A stretch of 64,000 bases of DNA from Candidatus Sumerlaeales bacterium (GCA_036675025.1 JAKFFN010000055.1:10752-74751), one strand, 5' to 3'; numbered from the stretch's first letter, positions 29,076-39,817 are shown. Numbers and translations: made by a program. The notes: generated by a model not told the origin, from the sequence alone.

Positions 29076-30182
29076 CTAATCATGAACCTGCTTTGCCTCA
29101 TTGCTCATAATCATTTCCTCGATCTTGACTTCTGCGCCAATTTCACTCGAGAGGTAGATGGCATCCAGCACCCGTTGGATGTTAAGAGATTCCTCCGCCT
29201 TTACAAGCACATCATTTTCCCCGCGCAAGCATGAGCACCAGTATTTGATTTCTTCAGTATGCGGTTTTACCTCAGGCAAGCCCGAAGGGATAATGTCGAT
29301 AAGTGCTTCGTCCCTCGATTTCAGGATTCGAAGCGGCGTTGCTGCCGGTGGCTTTGAAAAGGGTATCAACTCTGCGCCGCCTTGATCGCCCAGGATCACT
29401 TGCGGGAAAGCCTCTTCTTCCTTCAGATGAGTAGCCCAGCTTGCCTCGAGCATCAGGCTGCTGCCGTTATCAAAGCGAATGAATGCACTGGCAAAATCTT
29501 CGACGTCATACTCTTCCCGCCGGTACGTGCCGTAGGGATTGTAGAAGTCAGGCCTATGGCCGAACTTGGTATATACTGATCCGCTGACTGTAACGGCTGT
29601 GGGGCTGCCCATCAGCCAGACAATCAGGTCGAGAGCATGCACACCAATATCAATTAAGGGGCCACCGCCAGATTTCGATTTTATGTGAAACTGTCCCCAT
29701 CCCGGAACCAGCCGCCGGCGCAATGCGTGAGAACGCCCATAATAAATCTGGCCAAGCTCACCGTTTACGATGATCTTTTTCAAAAACTGTGCGCTCGGCA
29801 TGAAGCGCATATGGTGCCCGACGGTCAGCATCTTGCCCGTTTCGTGAGCGGTTGCCACCATGAGTGCTGCACTATTACTGTTAGTGGCTATCGGTTTCTC
29901 GCACAGAACGTGAACTCCCGCCCGCAGCGCGGCTATAGTCGGATCCGCGTGTGCGTAATTAGGGGTGCAGACAGAGACCGCATCCAGCTTTTCGCTTTCC
30001 AGCATCTTGATATAGTCATCGTACGCATTCGGAATCTCAAATTCATTTGCGAAAGCCTGAGCCCTCTCAAGGCTGATATCTGAACATGCCACGACCTCGA
30101 CGTCGTCACATGCCCGATAGCCGGGCATATGAAATAACGCTGAAACCTTTCCCGTTCCAATAATGCCAATTTTTATCGTCAT
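29076..30182 (-). CDS. Gfo/Idh/MocA family oxidoreductase
   Basis: 'IKIGIIGTGKVSALFH' and 'VLCEKPIA'. 368 aa. Confidence 0.85.
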   Translation of the reverse strand: MTIKIGIIGTGKVSALFHMPGYRACDDVEVVACSDISLERAQAFANEFEIPNAYDDYIKMLESEKLDAVSVCTPNYAHADPTIAALRAGVHVLCEKPIATNSNSAALMVATAHETGKMLTVGHHMRFMPSAQFLKKIIVNGELGQIYYGRSHALRRRLVPGWGQFHIKSKSGGGPLIDIGVHALDLIVWLMGSPTAVTVSGSVYTKFGHRPDFYNPYGTYRREEYDVEDFASAFIRFDNGSSLMLEASWATHLKEEEAFPQVILGDQGGAELIPFSKPPAATPLRILKSRDEALIDIIPSGLPEVKPHTEEIKYWCSCLRGENDVLVKAEESLNIQRVLDAIYLSSEIGAEVKIEEMIMSNEAKQVHD

Positions 30183-30213
30183 ATTACTTCGGATTCTCCA
30201 TTACAAATACGGG

Positions 30214-31347
30214 CTACCGGTCACCGAATAACACATGAAACTGCTCGTCGCTCATGGCTGGGATATGAGCAAGTTCCATGTTCACTGAGACATGGTCGGG
30301 TGAACCCATGCCCACAAGCGCGGTTGATATGCCGGGTATACTCCGCACAAACTGGATTGCCCGCGCCGCATCGCAATCCATTTCTGGTATTGCCTGGCGC
30401 AACGTAACCGGAAGGTTTGAAGCAAGGCTGCCCTGGAGCAGCGACGCACTTGCTACTACACAGACATTCAGCGCACTGGCCGCTTCCAGGAGTGTCATCG
30501 TCTGGTCACCAACCTTCTGATTCAAATTTGTCAGTGCTTCCGGCATGGCGAGATTAACAGGTAGTTGCACAGCGCAGAAGTGGTGCCGTTCGCCTCCGGC
30601 ACGCCGTGCGCATTCAATCACGCGCTCAAGCTGCATAGGCTGCCGTGAACCGGGCGCTTCATGAAACCCGTCCCAGGTGGCAATGCCGTACATATTTATA
30701 CGTCCATCCTGCACTGCTGCCTCTAAGGCTCGAAAGGCCATCTCAAGGGCTTCGTAATACCGAACTTCGTGCAGCTCACCCATCTGGGTTTCCGGATTAT
30801 GCAGATAATAAACGTCGATAGTATCAATGCCAAGATTGCGCCTGCTTTGGGCAATTTCATGATAAAGATACATGGGTGACATGCAATGCCCATTGGGGTG
30901 AATCTCTTCAGGGGTGACTACACCTTTGTTTATAAGATTCTCTTCCACCCATTGATAAGGATCAGCCGGGTAACTACCGTCGTAGGAGATAAATCCTCCC
31001 TTGGTACAGATTACCAGTTCTTCGCGGCTGAAACCCCGGTTAAACAGATATTGAAGGGCTTGTCCGATGGCTCGCTCGCTGCGCTGGAAGCGGTAGTTTA
31101 TGGCACTATCCATCACGTTGCAGCCAGATCCTACAGCTCTTATAATGGAATCGGTATAAGCAGCATCCGCCTGGTCTGTCGGTGCTCCAAGGTAAGTACC
31201 AAGTCCGATCGAAGAAAAGAAAAGGCTATGGCACAGGCGGAAGTGGCTCGGGTGCAACTCCGCAAATTTCTCTGTATAATGTTCGGTTCCCTGCAGAGTG
31301 GCCCTGCCAGGAACCAGTGAAGGAAGAGAGGAATTATCATTGGCCAT
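30214..31347 (-). CDS. aldo/keto reductase
   Basis: 'IGLGTYLG', 'MDSAINYR' and 'VICTKGG' AKR motifs. Start moved to 'MANDNSS' (31347) because the longer ORF would overlap rplY and its terminator. Confidence 0.8.
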   Translation of the reverse strand: MANDNSSLPSLVPGRATLQGTEHYTEKFAELHPSHFRLCHSLFFSSIGLGTYLGAPTDQADAAYTDSIIRAVGSGCNVMDSAINYRFQRSERAIGQALQYLFNRGFSREELVICTKGGFISYDGSYPADPYQWVEENLINKGVVTPEEIHPNGHCMSPMYLYHEIAQSRRNLGIDTIDVYYLHNPETQMGELHEVRYYEALEMAFRALEAAVQDGRINMYGIATWDGFHEAPGSRQPMQLERVIECARRAGGERHHFCAVQLPVNLAMPEALTNLNQKVGDQTMTLLEAASALNVCVVASASLLQGSLASNLPVTLRQAIPEMDCDAARAIQFVRSIPGISTALVGMGSPDHVSVNMELAHIPAMSDEQFHVLFGDR

Positions 31348-31385
31348 GATACTATCGTGCTTAATAGATGCCGGGGCGGTATCGC

Positions 31386-31420
31386 AAACAAAAAAAGCCC
31401 GACCCATAAATGGGTCGGGC
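31386..31420 (-). terminator. rho-independent terminator after rplY
   Basis: GCCCGACCC-atttat-GGGTCGGGC followed by T7 on the minus strand. Confidence 0.85.
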
Positions 31421-31435
31421 GTTGCACTTGAAATT

Positions 31436-32062
31436 CTACTCTTCTTCTTTTTTCTTTCCGATAACTTCCGGCTGGGCGGCATCTTCTTCAGTTGCTTCAG
31501 CAGCAACCTTAACCGCATGCACGCCAAAGAGAGTCTCGGCGCCATCAGTTACAAGTGTCAGACCTTCTGTCAGCTGAATGTCGCTAACGTGGAGGGTCTC
31601 ATTAACCTGCAATTTGGAAATGTCGACAACAATGGATTCTGGCAGCTTGCCCGGCAGACACTTGACAGTGATCGAACGCAGATGCGTCTCAAGCATGCCG
31701 CCTTCACGTACGCCAACAGGGGTGCCGGTGGCATGTATCGGAACTTCAAACTCAGCTTCCTGGTCCATGCGCACGCGGAAAAGGTCGACATGGAGAAAAC
31801 GGCGGGTAACCGGGTCACGCTGGATCTCACGAATGACAGTGGTAGTCTTATCAAGTCCTTCACCGGCAAGGGTAAAAAGGTTTGTTTCCGCGTTAGGCTT
31901 GGAGAGAGCTTTCTCCAGCTCACGAAAGTTAAGAGCAACCATCTTTGGTTCTTCGTTTGAACCGTAGATTACTGCTGGAACCTGGCCCTGCGAACGAAGG
32001 CGACGGTTGGGGCCTTTACCGGTTTCGGTACGGCCGGTAACGTTAAGTGTATCGATATCCAT
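31436..32062 (-). CDS. rplY: 50S ribosomal protein L25 / general stress protein Ctc
   Basis: 'LNVTGRTETGKGPNRRLRSQGQVPAVIYG' and an acidic C-terminal tail. Start set at 'MDIDTL'. Confidence 0.9.
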   Translation of the reverse strand: MDIDTLNVTGRTETGKGPNRRLRSQGQVPAVIYGSNEEPKMVALNFRELEKALSKPNAETNLFTLAGEGLDKTTTVIREIQRDPVTRRFLHVDLFRVRMDQEAEFEVPIHATGTPVGVREGGMLETHLRSITVKCLPGKLPESIVVDISKLQVNETLHVSDIQLTEGLTLVTDGAETLFGVHAVKVAAEATEEDAAQPEVIGKKKEEE

Positions 32063-32231
32063 TGTAATGGAATCCTTAAAATTAGTCACCTGGGAGGCAG
32101 CCGGCCATGCTGTCGCATCGCCTGGGCTGTTGCAGGCGCCATGATGGGAACAACCTGCTTTACCAGCTATTCTTTTTACCCCACGCCTTTTATGTTGCGG
32201 CACGCTACCCTGAAAAAGCAAATAGCGGCCC

Positions 32232-33971
32232 ATGAGAGATCCTCAAACACGCCCTCGATTTCCCTATGCATGGTGGGCATTTGCAGTGCTTTGGTTCGCT
32301 GGGTGGCACTTGATGCATACGTGGCAGGTCTGGCTGGATCCCACAATGCGGGTGCCCGGCCCCATTGGAGACAATACGGTAATGCTCTGGAACCTTGGAT
32401 GGGTGAGGCATGCCTTAAACCACGGGCATCCCGGTTTCTGGTTCGCAAATGCGTACTACCCGGATGGCTTTCTTTTTCTCTATGGCACTCATACCTGGCT
32501 TGACGGATTCTTGGGCTGGCTGTTTTCACCGGTGTTGCCAGGTGGAATAGCCGCATCCATTTTGTGGGCCAACATAACTATGGCTTTGGCAACGGTCGTA
32601 AGCGGACTCGCTGTGATTGGGGCACTTAGAGCATGGGGAATCCGTCAGTGGCCTATCCTGATCCTGGTTGCTTCAATGGTAGTATTTTCATGGTTCAGGA
32701 TGTTTGCACTGCAAGGCCATTACCATTTTTATGGAACTCAATGGATGCTTCTTTGCCTGGCATTCGTCTCCGCTTCTCGCCGCGCCTTTCTTGATCGCCA
32801 TAGGCCCAAGGCCATAAACCTCATGATATGTGCCGGGCTGACGCTTGGTCTCACATTCCTTAACGACCAGACCATGGCGGTGTTTGCTGGTATTCTTGGC
32901 GGCCTGGTAATTATAAGCGGTGCAACGTCGGCGGGTGATAACCGGCTGAAGAACCTGGTTTTACCATTTTTCATCTTCTATGGTCTGTCTCTTATTCCCG
33001 CCAGTGTTCATCTTATACCGCTGGTCGTCTCGCTGGCAGATAACAGCTTAAATTATAACGTAAGCCTGGATACTCCTCGTCTTGTTGATGCAACCAGCTT
33101 GATTATACCGCCCGAGATCAGTTGGCTCGGCTTTCAGATATCCGGGCTGCGGGAAGGCTACGGATTTACTTGGGCGGAGGGTACTTATCTGGGCATAGTA
33201 CCTATCTCACTTCTGCTGGTCATCACCTTTGGTGCAATACGGTATATTCTCAAAAAGCCCGGCGAGCGTCCACAGTATCTGCGCGTGAGTTTTTACTCGG
33301 CATTGCTAGCGTGGCTGTTCATCCTGCTGGCAATGGGTGATACATTGATGCTGGGTCGCGACCAGTTCAATGCGATGCCAGGGCGGCTTTTGCGGCAGAT
33401 TCCTGTGTTAAACAATATCCGTCTGCCGCAGCGCTGGGTCTGGCCAGCTCACCTGTGTATTGCACTTGGCGGAGCCTCAGTCCTTGCGCTGGCCATACAG
33501 GCTAAGAAACAGTCCTGGCTCCGTTGGCTACCATTGGCGATAGCTGTAATACCAGCCCTGGAAGCTATCAGGTATCCCGCTGTAGCCCCGGTAGATTACA
33601 GAAACGACGCCTTTCTTCGTCCGCCCGGCCTGATTGAAGCTGTGCAAAAGCACTATACGGGTGGGGGAGTGCTTGTAATGCCGCCGGAAATAGCGTATGC
33701 GCATTCAAACGTCTTCCAGTTCCAGTGGGGCTATGACATTCCGGTTACCGTAGCCTACACAGCCCGAATGCCGTTTAAGATACAGGAACTCCCATGGAAG
33801 GGTCGCGTTTGGACACTAGAAACCGCTGAGTGGCTCCAGAAGAAAGACGTCACCATGATCGTCTTCGCTTTTCACGATGGCAAGGTACTGGAGTATCAGT
33901 CGTGGCTTACAGAAGCCAGGAAAGCAGTACCGGGAGTTATTGTTCTGAACAGGTTTGGTGAAGCGATATAA
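32232..33971 (+). CDS. polytopic membrane protein with C-terminal periplasmic domain (GT-C-like; hypothetical)
   Basis: 579 aa with about 12 TM segments, Trp/aromatic-rich loops and a soluble C-terminal region of about 130 aa. Confidence 0.5.
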   Translation: MRDPQTRPRFPYAWWAFAVLWFAGWHLMHTWQVWLDPTMRVPGPIGDNTVMLWNLGWVRHALNHGHPGFWFANAYYPDGFLFLYGTHTWLDGFLGWLFSPVLPGGIAASILWANITMALATVVSGLAVIGALRAWGIRQWPILILVASMVVFSWFRMFALQGHYHFYGTQWMLLCLAFVSASRRAFLDRHRPKAINLMICAGLTLGLTFLNDQTMAVFAGILGGLVIISGATSAGDNRLKNLVLPFFIFYGLSLIPASVHLIPLVVSLADNSLNYNVSLDTPRLVDATSLIIPPEISWLGFQISGLREGYGFTWAEGTYLGIVPISLLLVITFGAIRYILKKPGERPQYLRVSFYSALLAWLFILLAMGDTLMLGRDQFNAMPGRLLRQIPVLNNIRLPQRWVWPAHLCIALGGASVLALAIQAKKQSWLRWLPLAIAVIPALEAIRYPAVAPVDYRNDAFLRPPGLIEAVQKHYTGGGVLVMPPEIAYAHSNVFQFQWGYDIPVTVAYTARMPFKIQELPWKGRVWTLETAEWLQKKDVTMIVFAFHDGKVLEYQSWLTEARKAVPGVIVLNRFGEAI

Positions 33972-33986
33972 CCGAAAGTCCTTCGA

Positions 33987-35033
33987 TTACTTTCTTTCAT
34001 CCTCTTCAATATAGCTTTCGGACTCAGAATCGGGGAACTTATCATGTCCCGGTAATTCCTCAGGTTCATACCCTTCTCTACCGGCGGCCTTGTCTTCACG
34101 GCGCGCCACAAAGACGCTCGTAAGCACTGAAATCGCAAGAATTGCTGCTATTACGCCTAGTGACACGTTAATCGGGATTTTGTACTCGCTGTGGCCAAGA
34201 AGCATTTTTACACCAACGAACGCAAGCACGAGCGCAAGCCCGTACTTCAGGTACCGGAACATGTCCATAACGCCAGCGAGCAAAAAGTACAGAGCCCTGA
34301 GACCCAGGATAGCGAAGACGTTCGACGTGTATACGATAAACGGATTGTCAGTCACCGCGAAAACAGCCGGAATCGAGTCAATCGCAAAAAGCACATCCGT
34401 CGTTTCAATAACGAGCAGCACGATGAACAGATTCGTAACGAAGGTCTTGCCGTCTTTTTTGATCAGGAACTTCTGACCGTAGTCACCTTCCGCAACTGGC
34501 AACAGACGGCGAGCCAGTTTATAAACAAAACCTTCGGAGGGATCAGCTTCAGCCGGGTCGTGGATGGCCATTTTAATACCGGTAAGTATTAGAAGGACGC
34601 CAAACACATAGAGTATCCAACTAAAGTTGGTGATCAGGGCGGCGCCCGCTGCGATCATTGCGCCGCGCAGTAGCAACGCCCCGAGAATACCCCAGAATAA
34701 CAACCGGTGCTGGTATTTTGGAGCAATATTAAAGTAAGTAAAGAGCATGACGAACACAAAAATGTTGTCAACACTTAGAGACTTTTCGAGCAGGTAGCCG
34801 GCAAGAAACTCATGGCCGATTTGTGGGCCGTATTCGTAATACAGCCACGCATTGAATCCCAGGGCCAGGGTTATCCAGAAGATGGTCCACCCTAACGCTT
34901 CTTTAAACCTGATAACATGGGCTTTGCGGTTAAAAACCCCAAGATCCAGGGCGAGCATGCAGAGGACGAAGAGGTTAAACAGGACCCAGGCTGTGGTAGA
35001 AAACTGTACATCAGACACGTTAGGAAGGTTCAA
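33987..35033 (-). CDS. TerC family integral membrane protein
   Basis: 'YLLEKSLSVDNIFVFVM' and 'ETTDVLFAIDSIPAVFAVT' TerC signatures. TTG start. Confidence 0.85.
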   Translation of the reverse strand: MNLPNVSDVQFSTTAWVLFNLFVLCMLALDLGVFNRKAHVIRFKEALGWTIFWITLALGFNAWLYYEYGPQIGHEFLAGYLLEKSLSVDNIFVFVMLFTYFNIAPKYQHRLLFWGILGALLLRGAMIAAGAALITNFSWILYVFGVLLILTGIKMAIHDPAEADPSEGFVYKLARRLLPVAEGDYGQKFLIKKDGKTFVTNLFIVLLVIETTDVLFAIDSIPAVFAVTDNPFIVYTSNVFAILGLRALYFLLAGVMDMFRYLKYGLALVLAFVGVKMLLGHSEYKIPINVSLGVIAAILAISVLTSVFVARREDKAAGREGYEPEELPGHDKFPDSESESYIEEDERK

Positions 35034-35093
35034 GCGGGCAGGTCCTGGTCATGGTATTGTGTGGTAATACTTATCCGCAAAAATTCGCGGATG

Positions 35094-35699
35094 TTATTTT
35101 GACGTCAGGGCGTTTAGCAGGTCAGCCTGAATTTTCTTCATGGCCTGCCCCCTGTGGCTGATCGAATTCTTAGTCTCCGCATCCAACTCTGCAAGAGTCT
35201 GTGTGCTACTTCCCACGAGGAAAACCGGGTCGTAGCCAAAGCCATGGGAACCACGAGGCTCAAAAGCTATCCGTCCTTCCAGCACCCCCGTTTGTTCGAG
35301 CCGGGTACCGTCAGGCAAAGAGACGCATACAGCACAAACAAATCGTGCCGACCTATCCTCGCTTCCGGATTCTCTCACTTCCGTCAGCAGCTTTTCAATA
35401 CGCTCCTTGTCCGTTGGTGCGTAACGGGCCGAATATACACCAGGGCGTCCGCCCAAGGCATCCACCACCAGCCCGGAATCATCAGCCAGGGCCAACAGCC
35501 CCGTATGACTTGCGTAATAGTCGGCCTTTAGCCGGGCGTTCTCCTCAAAAGTACTACCAGTCTCTTCGGGATCATCGATTTGCGGGAAATCTGCAGCGCA
35601 GTAAATCTTACCGCTAAATCGATTTTCGAGGATTTCACGGATTTCTTTTAGCTTTTTGGGGTTGTTTGTTGCAAGGAGCAGGTCGTTAAGGGCTGACAT
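35094..35699 (-). CDS. rdgB: dITP/XTP pyrophosphatase (RdgB/HAM1)
   Basis: 'LLLATNNPKKLKEI', 'DDSGLVVDALGGRPGVYSARY' and 'GFGYDPVF'. Confidence 0.9.
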   Translation of the reverse strand: MSALNDLLLATNNPKKLKEIREILENRFSGKIYCAADFPQIDDPEETGSTFEENARLKADYYASHTGLLALADDSGLVVDALGGRPGVYSARYAPTDKERIEKLLTEVRESGSEDRSARFVCAVCVSLPDGTRLEQTGVLEGRIAFEPRGSHGFGYDPVFLVGSSTQTLAELDAETKNSISHRGQAMKKIQADLLNALTSK

Positions 35700-35725
35700 A
35701 TAGGCACCTGGGAGAACAAAAGGTT

Positions 35726-37750
35726 ATGATTAACAAACCATTACTAGTTCAGCAGCACCTCGACTATTTCCGTAGCAACACGATGGCTATGCTGCTAATC
35801 GTGCTTTGCTTCATGATTTCCGGGTGCGATACCCAACCTGAAGCCACTGGTTTAGGATCAGTAGCTGGCACCGTACAACTGGCTGCTCCTGACCCTGGCA
35901 CAGGCCACGCCGGTGTACTCGTATACCTTGCAGGAACACCTTACCAGGCAAGAACGGATCAGCAGGGGCGGTATCGCATTGACGGTGTTCCCGCAGGCAC
36001 CTACGATCTGGCGGCAGAAAAATCCGGGTTTCAGGGGCAGATTATTGAAGGCATTCAGGTCAACCCGGCCGTTCACGGCGCTGAGTCGCCAATGCAGCCC
36101 GCACCGGCAACGCTCGCCGCGGCCGCAGTCGCTCAAACGTCTCCTACAGAAACACTTAGCACTTTACGGGGCCGGGTCCTGCTGCAGGATATGGTGGATG
36201 AAAATGGCGGCGTTCGGGTGGAAGTCGATGGCACTGCTTTTGTAACAGTCAGCAGTAGCGACGGACAATACCGGCTCGTGAACGTCGATCCCGGCAGTTA
36301 CACCCTTAGCTATTTTAAAGAAGGTTTCCGCCCATATACCAGTGATCCCATAGAAGTAACCTCTGGCGTCCTGGAATTAAATGAAGTCGCATTGGAATTG
36401 CAGCAGCCGGGCGATCCGATTTCACCAGCACTTACCGCGGCGGCAGTGGCTGCCCGTACTGCGGCATCTGCTCCCGTCGGACCTCCACCTGGTCCGGCAG
36501 AACCCCGCAGTATCGTCGGGCTTGTAGAGCTTATCGGTCCTGATGGCCAGGTCAGCAGCAGTTTTGAGAACGTGACAGTCGCTATCAATGGCACAGACAA
36601 CATCGCAGAGGTAAACGACCAGGGACAGTTCCGGTTTGATAATCTTACCTCCGGAACCTATACGATTATCGGCACTATGGAAAATGGACCGATGGTGCAA
36701 ATCCCGGTCGACCTGGAAAACCAGCGTTCTGCTTCTGTGACGGTAAAACTGAACCAGTCTGCTGCTGCAGCACAAACAGTTGGATCCATTTCAGGCACAG
36801 TCGTACTGGTTGATGCCGAAGACCAGCCCCTGGACAGTTCCGCTGGCGTACAGGTCGCTGTTACGGGCACACAACTTATTGCCACGACTGCAGCTGATGG
36901 CAGTTTTACCTTAACAAATGTTCCCTCAGGAACCCACACTCTTTCTGCTACGCGCGACACCTTTGAACCAGCCCAGGTTCCAGACGTTGTTGTGGCGGCT
37001 CAGGCTCCTGCTAATGTAGGTGAAGTTCGCCTGATGCAGACGGTAGATCGGCCCCGCGTCGTATCAACCGATCCTGCTGATAACGCCCGAGATGTCGTAG
37101 TCGGATTCGATCTGCCGATCCAGGTGAAATTCAGCGCTCGAATGAATCCTGCCTCGGTGCGAAGTGCAATCTCATTAACACCATCAACGCCCTTTACGGC
37201 TTTAATAGGCAAGGGATTGGGAGCTGGCGCGGATGACGATACTCTCATCATTAATCTCTCCAATGACGACTCTAACAATCCTATCCAGTTCGGCGCCAAC
37301 TATCGCATTACCATTGATGATACGGCAGAAAGCATGGAAGGCGTAGCCATGGCTGAGCCCTACACGTTCTCATTCCGGACGGCTAGCCCGGGTGTTATCC
37401 AGACGTCACCGGCAAATGGAGAAGACAGGGCGTATGTTGATCAGCTTGAAAATCCTGTCCTGATAACATTCAATACCCGGCTGGACCCGGAGACCATTAA
37501 TGAACGCAACATAAGGGTTCGGCCTGACAATGGGCTGAGTGTAGCTACGACCTATACCAACTCCGACGCTAACGGCTGGACAACAATTCGCGTCGCCACG
37601 CAGTGGCAGGCAAACACCGCTTACACCGTTACTGTGTCGCGGCGTGTGAAGGCTTTCAATGGCCAAACCCTCGGCAATACTCCGTTCACACTCAGGTTTA
37701 GAACGGCACCCATGGAAATTATGACGATGCCAATCCTGGAAACACGGTAA
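35726..37750 (+). CDS. lipoprotein with repeated carboxypeptidase-regulatory-like and SbsA-type Ig-like domains
   Basis: Lipobox 'FMISGC'. Four 'G.Y.(I/L)..(V/L)P.G.Y.L' CarboxypepD_reg-like repeats are followed by 'P.V(V/I).T.PA(D/N)...V' Big_5-like modules. Confidence 0.6.
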   Translation: MINKPLLVQQHLDYFRSNTMAMLLIVLCFMISGCDTQPEATGLGSVAGTVQLAAPDPGTGHAGVLVYLAGTPYQARTDQQGRYRIDGVPAGTYDLAAEKSGFQGQIIEGIQVNPAVHGAESPMQPAPATLAAAAVAQTSPTETLSTLRGRVLLQDMVDENGGVRVEVDGTAFVTVSSSDGQYRLVNVDPGSYTLSYFKEGFRPYTSDPIEVTSGVLELNEVALELQQPGDPISPALTAAAVAARTAASAPVGPPPGPAEPRSIVGLVELIGPDGQVSSSFENVTVAINGTDNIAEVNDQGQFRFDNLTSGTYTIIGTMENGPMVQIPVDLENQRSASVTVKLNQSAAAAQTVGSISGTVVLVDAEDQPLDSSAGVQVAVTGTQLIATTAADGSFTLTNVPSGTHTLSATRDTFEPAQVPDVVVAAQAPANVGEVRLMQTVDRPRVVSTDPADNARDVVVGFDLPIQVKFSARMNPASVRSAISLTPSTPFTALIGKGLGAGADDDTLIINLSNDDSNNPIQFGANYRITIDDTAESMEGVAMAEPYTFSFRTASPGVIQTSPANGEDRAYVDQLENPVLITFNTRLDPETINERNIRVRPDNGLSVATTYTNSDANGWTTIRVATQWQANTAYTVTVSRRVKAFNGQTLGNTPFTLRFRTAPMEIMTMPILETR

Positions 37751-37977
37751 GCCGATAAGAAAATTACTACTGGTAAAGTTAATTTGCTAAAAGTTTCTTT
37801 ATCTATTAGCAAAGTATTGAAAGTGCCGATCAGCGATGTATGCCGTTTTAGTGCATCGCATAACCAAATGCACTTGTTGCAGATGCAAAAGGTGAAGATT
37901 CAATTGCAGGATCGCGTGGTATCATCCGGTGCTATACCGGTCCAAGAGAGTCAGCAGACTAACAACGTTGAGAGAAC

Positions 37978-38448
37978 ATGATAGAATTTGATAAGATGAT
38001 AGATGAGTCGCGCATCATTGATTTAAAAGCGACTACAAAAGAAGAAGCCTTGCGTGAACTGGTAGATGTCCTGGCCACATCACCTGATGTTTCCGATAAG
38101 GAAGAGCTGCTGACCGCGATTTTTGAACGCGAAAAGGTGATCTCAACCGGCGTAGGAATCGAAGTGGCGCTGCCACACGTGAAAATTCCTTCTGTTAAGA
38201 ATTTCGTAATCGCCATTGGCCGCAGCCATAAAGGCATCGACTTCGAGTCTCTCGACGACAAGCCAGTGTACATTGTTGTGATGATAGGCGCAAATGATAA
38301 ACAGGCCGGAGATTTTCTAAAGGTCTTGGCCCGGCTGGTTCTTAAGCTGAAGAACCGCACTTTCCGCAAACAGGTTATGTTTGCTCCCAACCCTAAGCGC
38401 ATTAAAGAGTTGTTTGTAAGCGACGAAGTTCTGGGAGACGAAGAATAA
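37978..38448 (+). CDS. ptsN: PTS EIIA type-2 domain protein (EIIA-Ntr/PtsN-like)
   Basis: 'ISTGVGIEVALPHVKI' with the phospho-acceptor His, and 'PVYIVVMIGAN'. 156 aa. Confidence 0.75.
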   Translation: MIEFDKMIDESRIIDLKATTKEEALRELVDVLATSPDVSDKEELLTAIFEREKVISTGVGIEVALPHVKIPSVKNFVIAIGRSHKGIDFESLDDKPVYIVVMIGANDKQAGDFLKVLARLVLKLKNRTFRKQVMFAPNPKRIKELFVSDEVLGDEE

Positions 38449-39324
38449 TTGAGCTCAGCATCCGCTGACTCCGCCAATGCCTCTGAGCATGCTGCGGTTG
38501 AGGTGGCCGCGGATGAAATACGCCGACAATTGCCAGGCGCAAACAGAGCAACTGTCCTTGTAATAGCAGGAAGCGGTCTGGGCGGATTTGTTAAATCCAT
38601 TTCCGCTTCTTCTGAACTAGCATACGATGCAATTTTTGGAATTGGCGGCAGCACTGTGGCGGGTCACGCCGGACGCCTTATGGTCGCCGAGGCAGGCGAT
38701 ATGCACACCCCGTTGCTGGTAATGAGTGGGCGCAGGCATTTATATGAAGGACTTACAGCTGCCGAGGCCGCAAGGCTGCCAAGGGCCGTCATGCTTGCGT
38801 TTCCGCAAATTAAACGCGTGGTGGTCAGCAATGCGGCCGGTGGCTTAAACCCGACCTTTTCCGTAGGCGATCTGATGGTCATTTCCGATCATGTTAACTG
38901 GATGTTTAAGAACCCGCTGGTCGGCCCGAATAGTGATGCATGGGGTCCCCGTTTCCCCGATGCCAGTGACATCTATAGCCGCTGCTTGCGCGAACTGGCC
39001 GTTGCTACTGCTACTGAGCATAACATTCCGCTACGTCACGGGGTATACGTGGCCATGCACGGCCCCAGCTACGAGACCCGGGCCGAAATCAATATGCTCC
39101 GTAATATCTTAGGGGCGGACGCGGTCGGAATGAGTACTGTGCCCGAGGCACTTATCGCCGCACATATGGGCAGGGAAGTGCTGGGCATCAGCTTTATATC
39201 CAACCTGCTCGTAAACCCCGCAGTTACCACGCATAAAGAAGTTGTCGAAAATGCCCGTCTGGTAGAAGAAAAGTTCAGCAAGCTGCTGACAGCGCTGCTG
39301 CCAGAATTACACCAGCCAATATGA
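38449..39324 (+). CDS. punA: purine nucleoside phosphorylase (trimeric PNP family)
   Basis: '[10 protein letters not shown]', 'SGRRHLYEG' and '[29 protein letters not shown]'. The TTG start directly abuts the ptsN stop. Confidence 0.85.
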   Translation: MSSASADSANASEHAAVEVAADEIRRQLPGANRATVLVIAGSGLGGFVKSISASSELAYDAIFGIGGSTVAGHAGRLMVAEAGDMHTPLLVMSGRRHLYEGLTAAEAARLPRAVMLAFPQIKRVVVSNAAGGLNPTFSVGDLMVISDHVNWMFKNPLVGPNSDAWGPRFPDASDIYSRCLRELAVATATEHNIPLRHGVYVAMHGPSYETRAEINMLRNILGADAVGMSTVPEALIAAHMGREVLGISFISNLLVNPAVTTHKEVVENARLVEEKFSKLLTALLPELHQPI

Positions 39325-39436
39325 AGGTTTTGCGGCCCTAAGCCGTATATGCCCCCTGAATCTCTTACTCGGAGAATCGCTGTCACCCGGCGATACCCTG
39401 GGTTTGAGACAATTTCCAGAAAGATTGGGTGAAACC

Positions 39437-39706
39437 ATGAGCGTTACTGCGGATAAGAAGCAGGAGATTATCTCCACTAACAAGACGCATGACACAGATA
39501 CCGGCTCGCCGGAAGTCCAGGTCGCAATCCTCACAGAGCGGATCAAAAACCTGACGGAGCATTTTAAGACGCACAAGAAAGACCACCATAGCCGTCGCGG
39601 TCTTCTCATGCTGGTCGGTCAGCGTAAGAGCATGCTGAACTACCTGAAAAAGAAAGACATCGAGCGTTACCGCGCACTGATCGAGAAGCTGGGTCTGCGT
39701 AAGTAA
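39437..39706 (+). CDS. rpsO: 30S ribosomal protein S15
   Basis: '[42 protein letters not shown]'. 89 aa from the internal ATG. Confidence 0.95.
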   Translation: MSVTADKKQEIISTNKTHDTDTGSPEVQVAILTERIKNLTEHFKTHKKDHHSRRGLLMLVGQRKSMLNYLKKKDIERYRALIEKLGLRK

Positions 39707-39723
39707 GGTTTAAAGTAACAATA

Positions 39724-39766
39724 AAGCGGGCGTCGTCTCATTGAGACAACGCCCGCTTTTTATTTC
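39724..39766 (+). terminator. rho-independent terminator after rpsO
   Basis: AAGCGGGCGTCGTCTC/GAGACAACGCCCGCTT hairpin followed by TTTTTATTT. Confidence 0.85.
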
Positions 39767-39817
39767 TACCTGAATCCTGCTGTTATGTCAGCAAGCTTAG
39801 AAAACAGCGGTTATCGC

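Noticed and set aside
31298-31960. 220-aa plus-strand ORF spanning the AKR/rplY junction
   Set aside because: It crosses the rplY terminator and is antisense to two well-supported genes.
35034-35093. Mn2+ (yybP-ykoY) riboswitch upstream of the TerC gene
   Set aside because: The spacer is only 60 nt and lacks the conserved riboswitch core. It contains just a small hairpin (ATCCGC/GCGGAT) that probably belongs to the rdgB 3' end.
39325-39436. Autoregulatory rpsO leader structure
   Set aside because: It is plausible by analogy with E. coli, but I could not identify a convincing pseudoknot or hairpin by eye.
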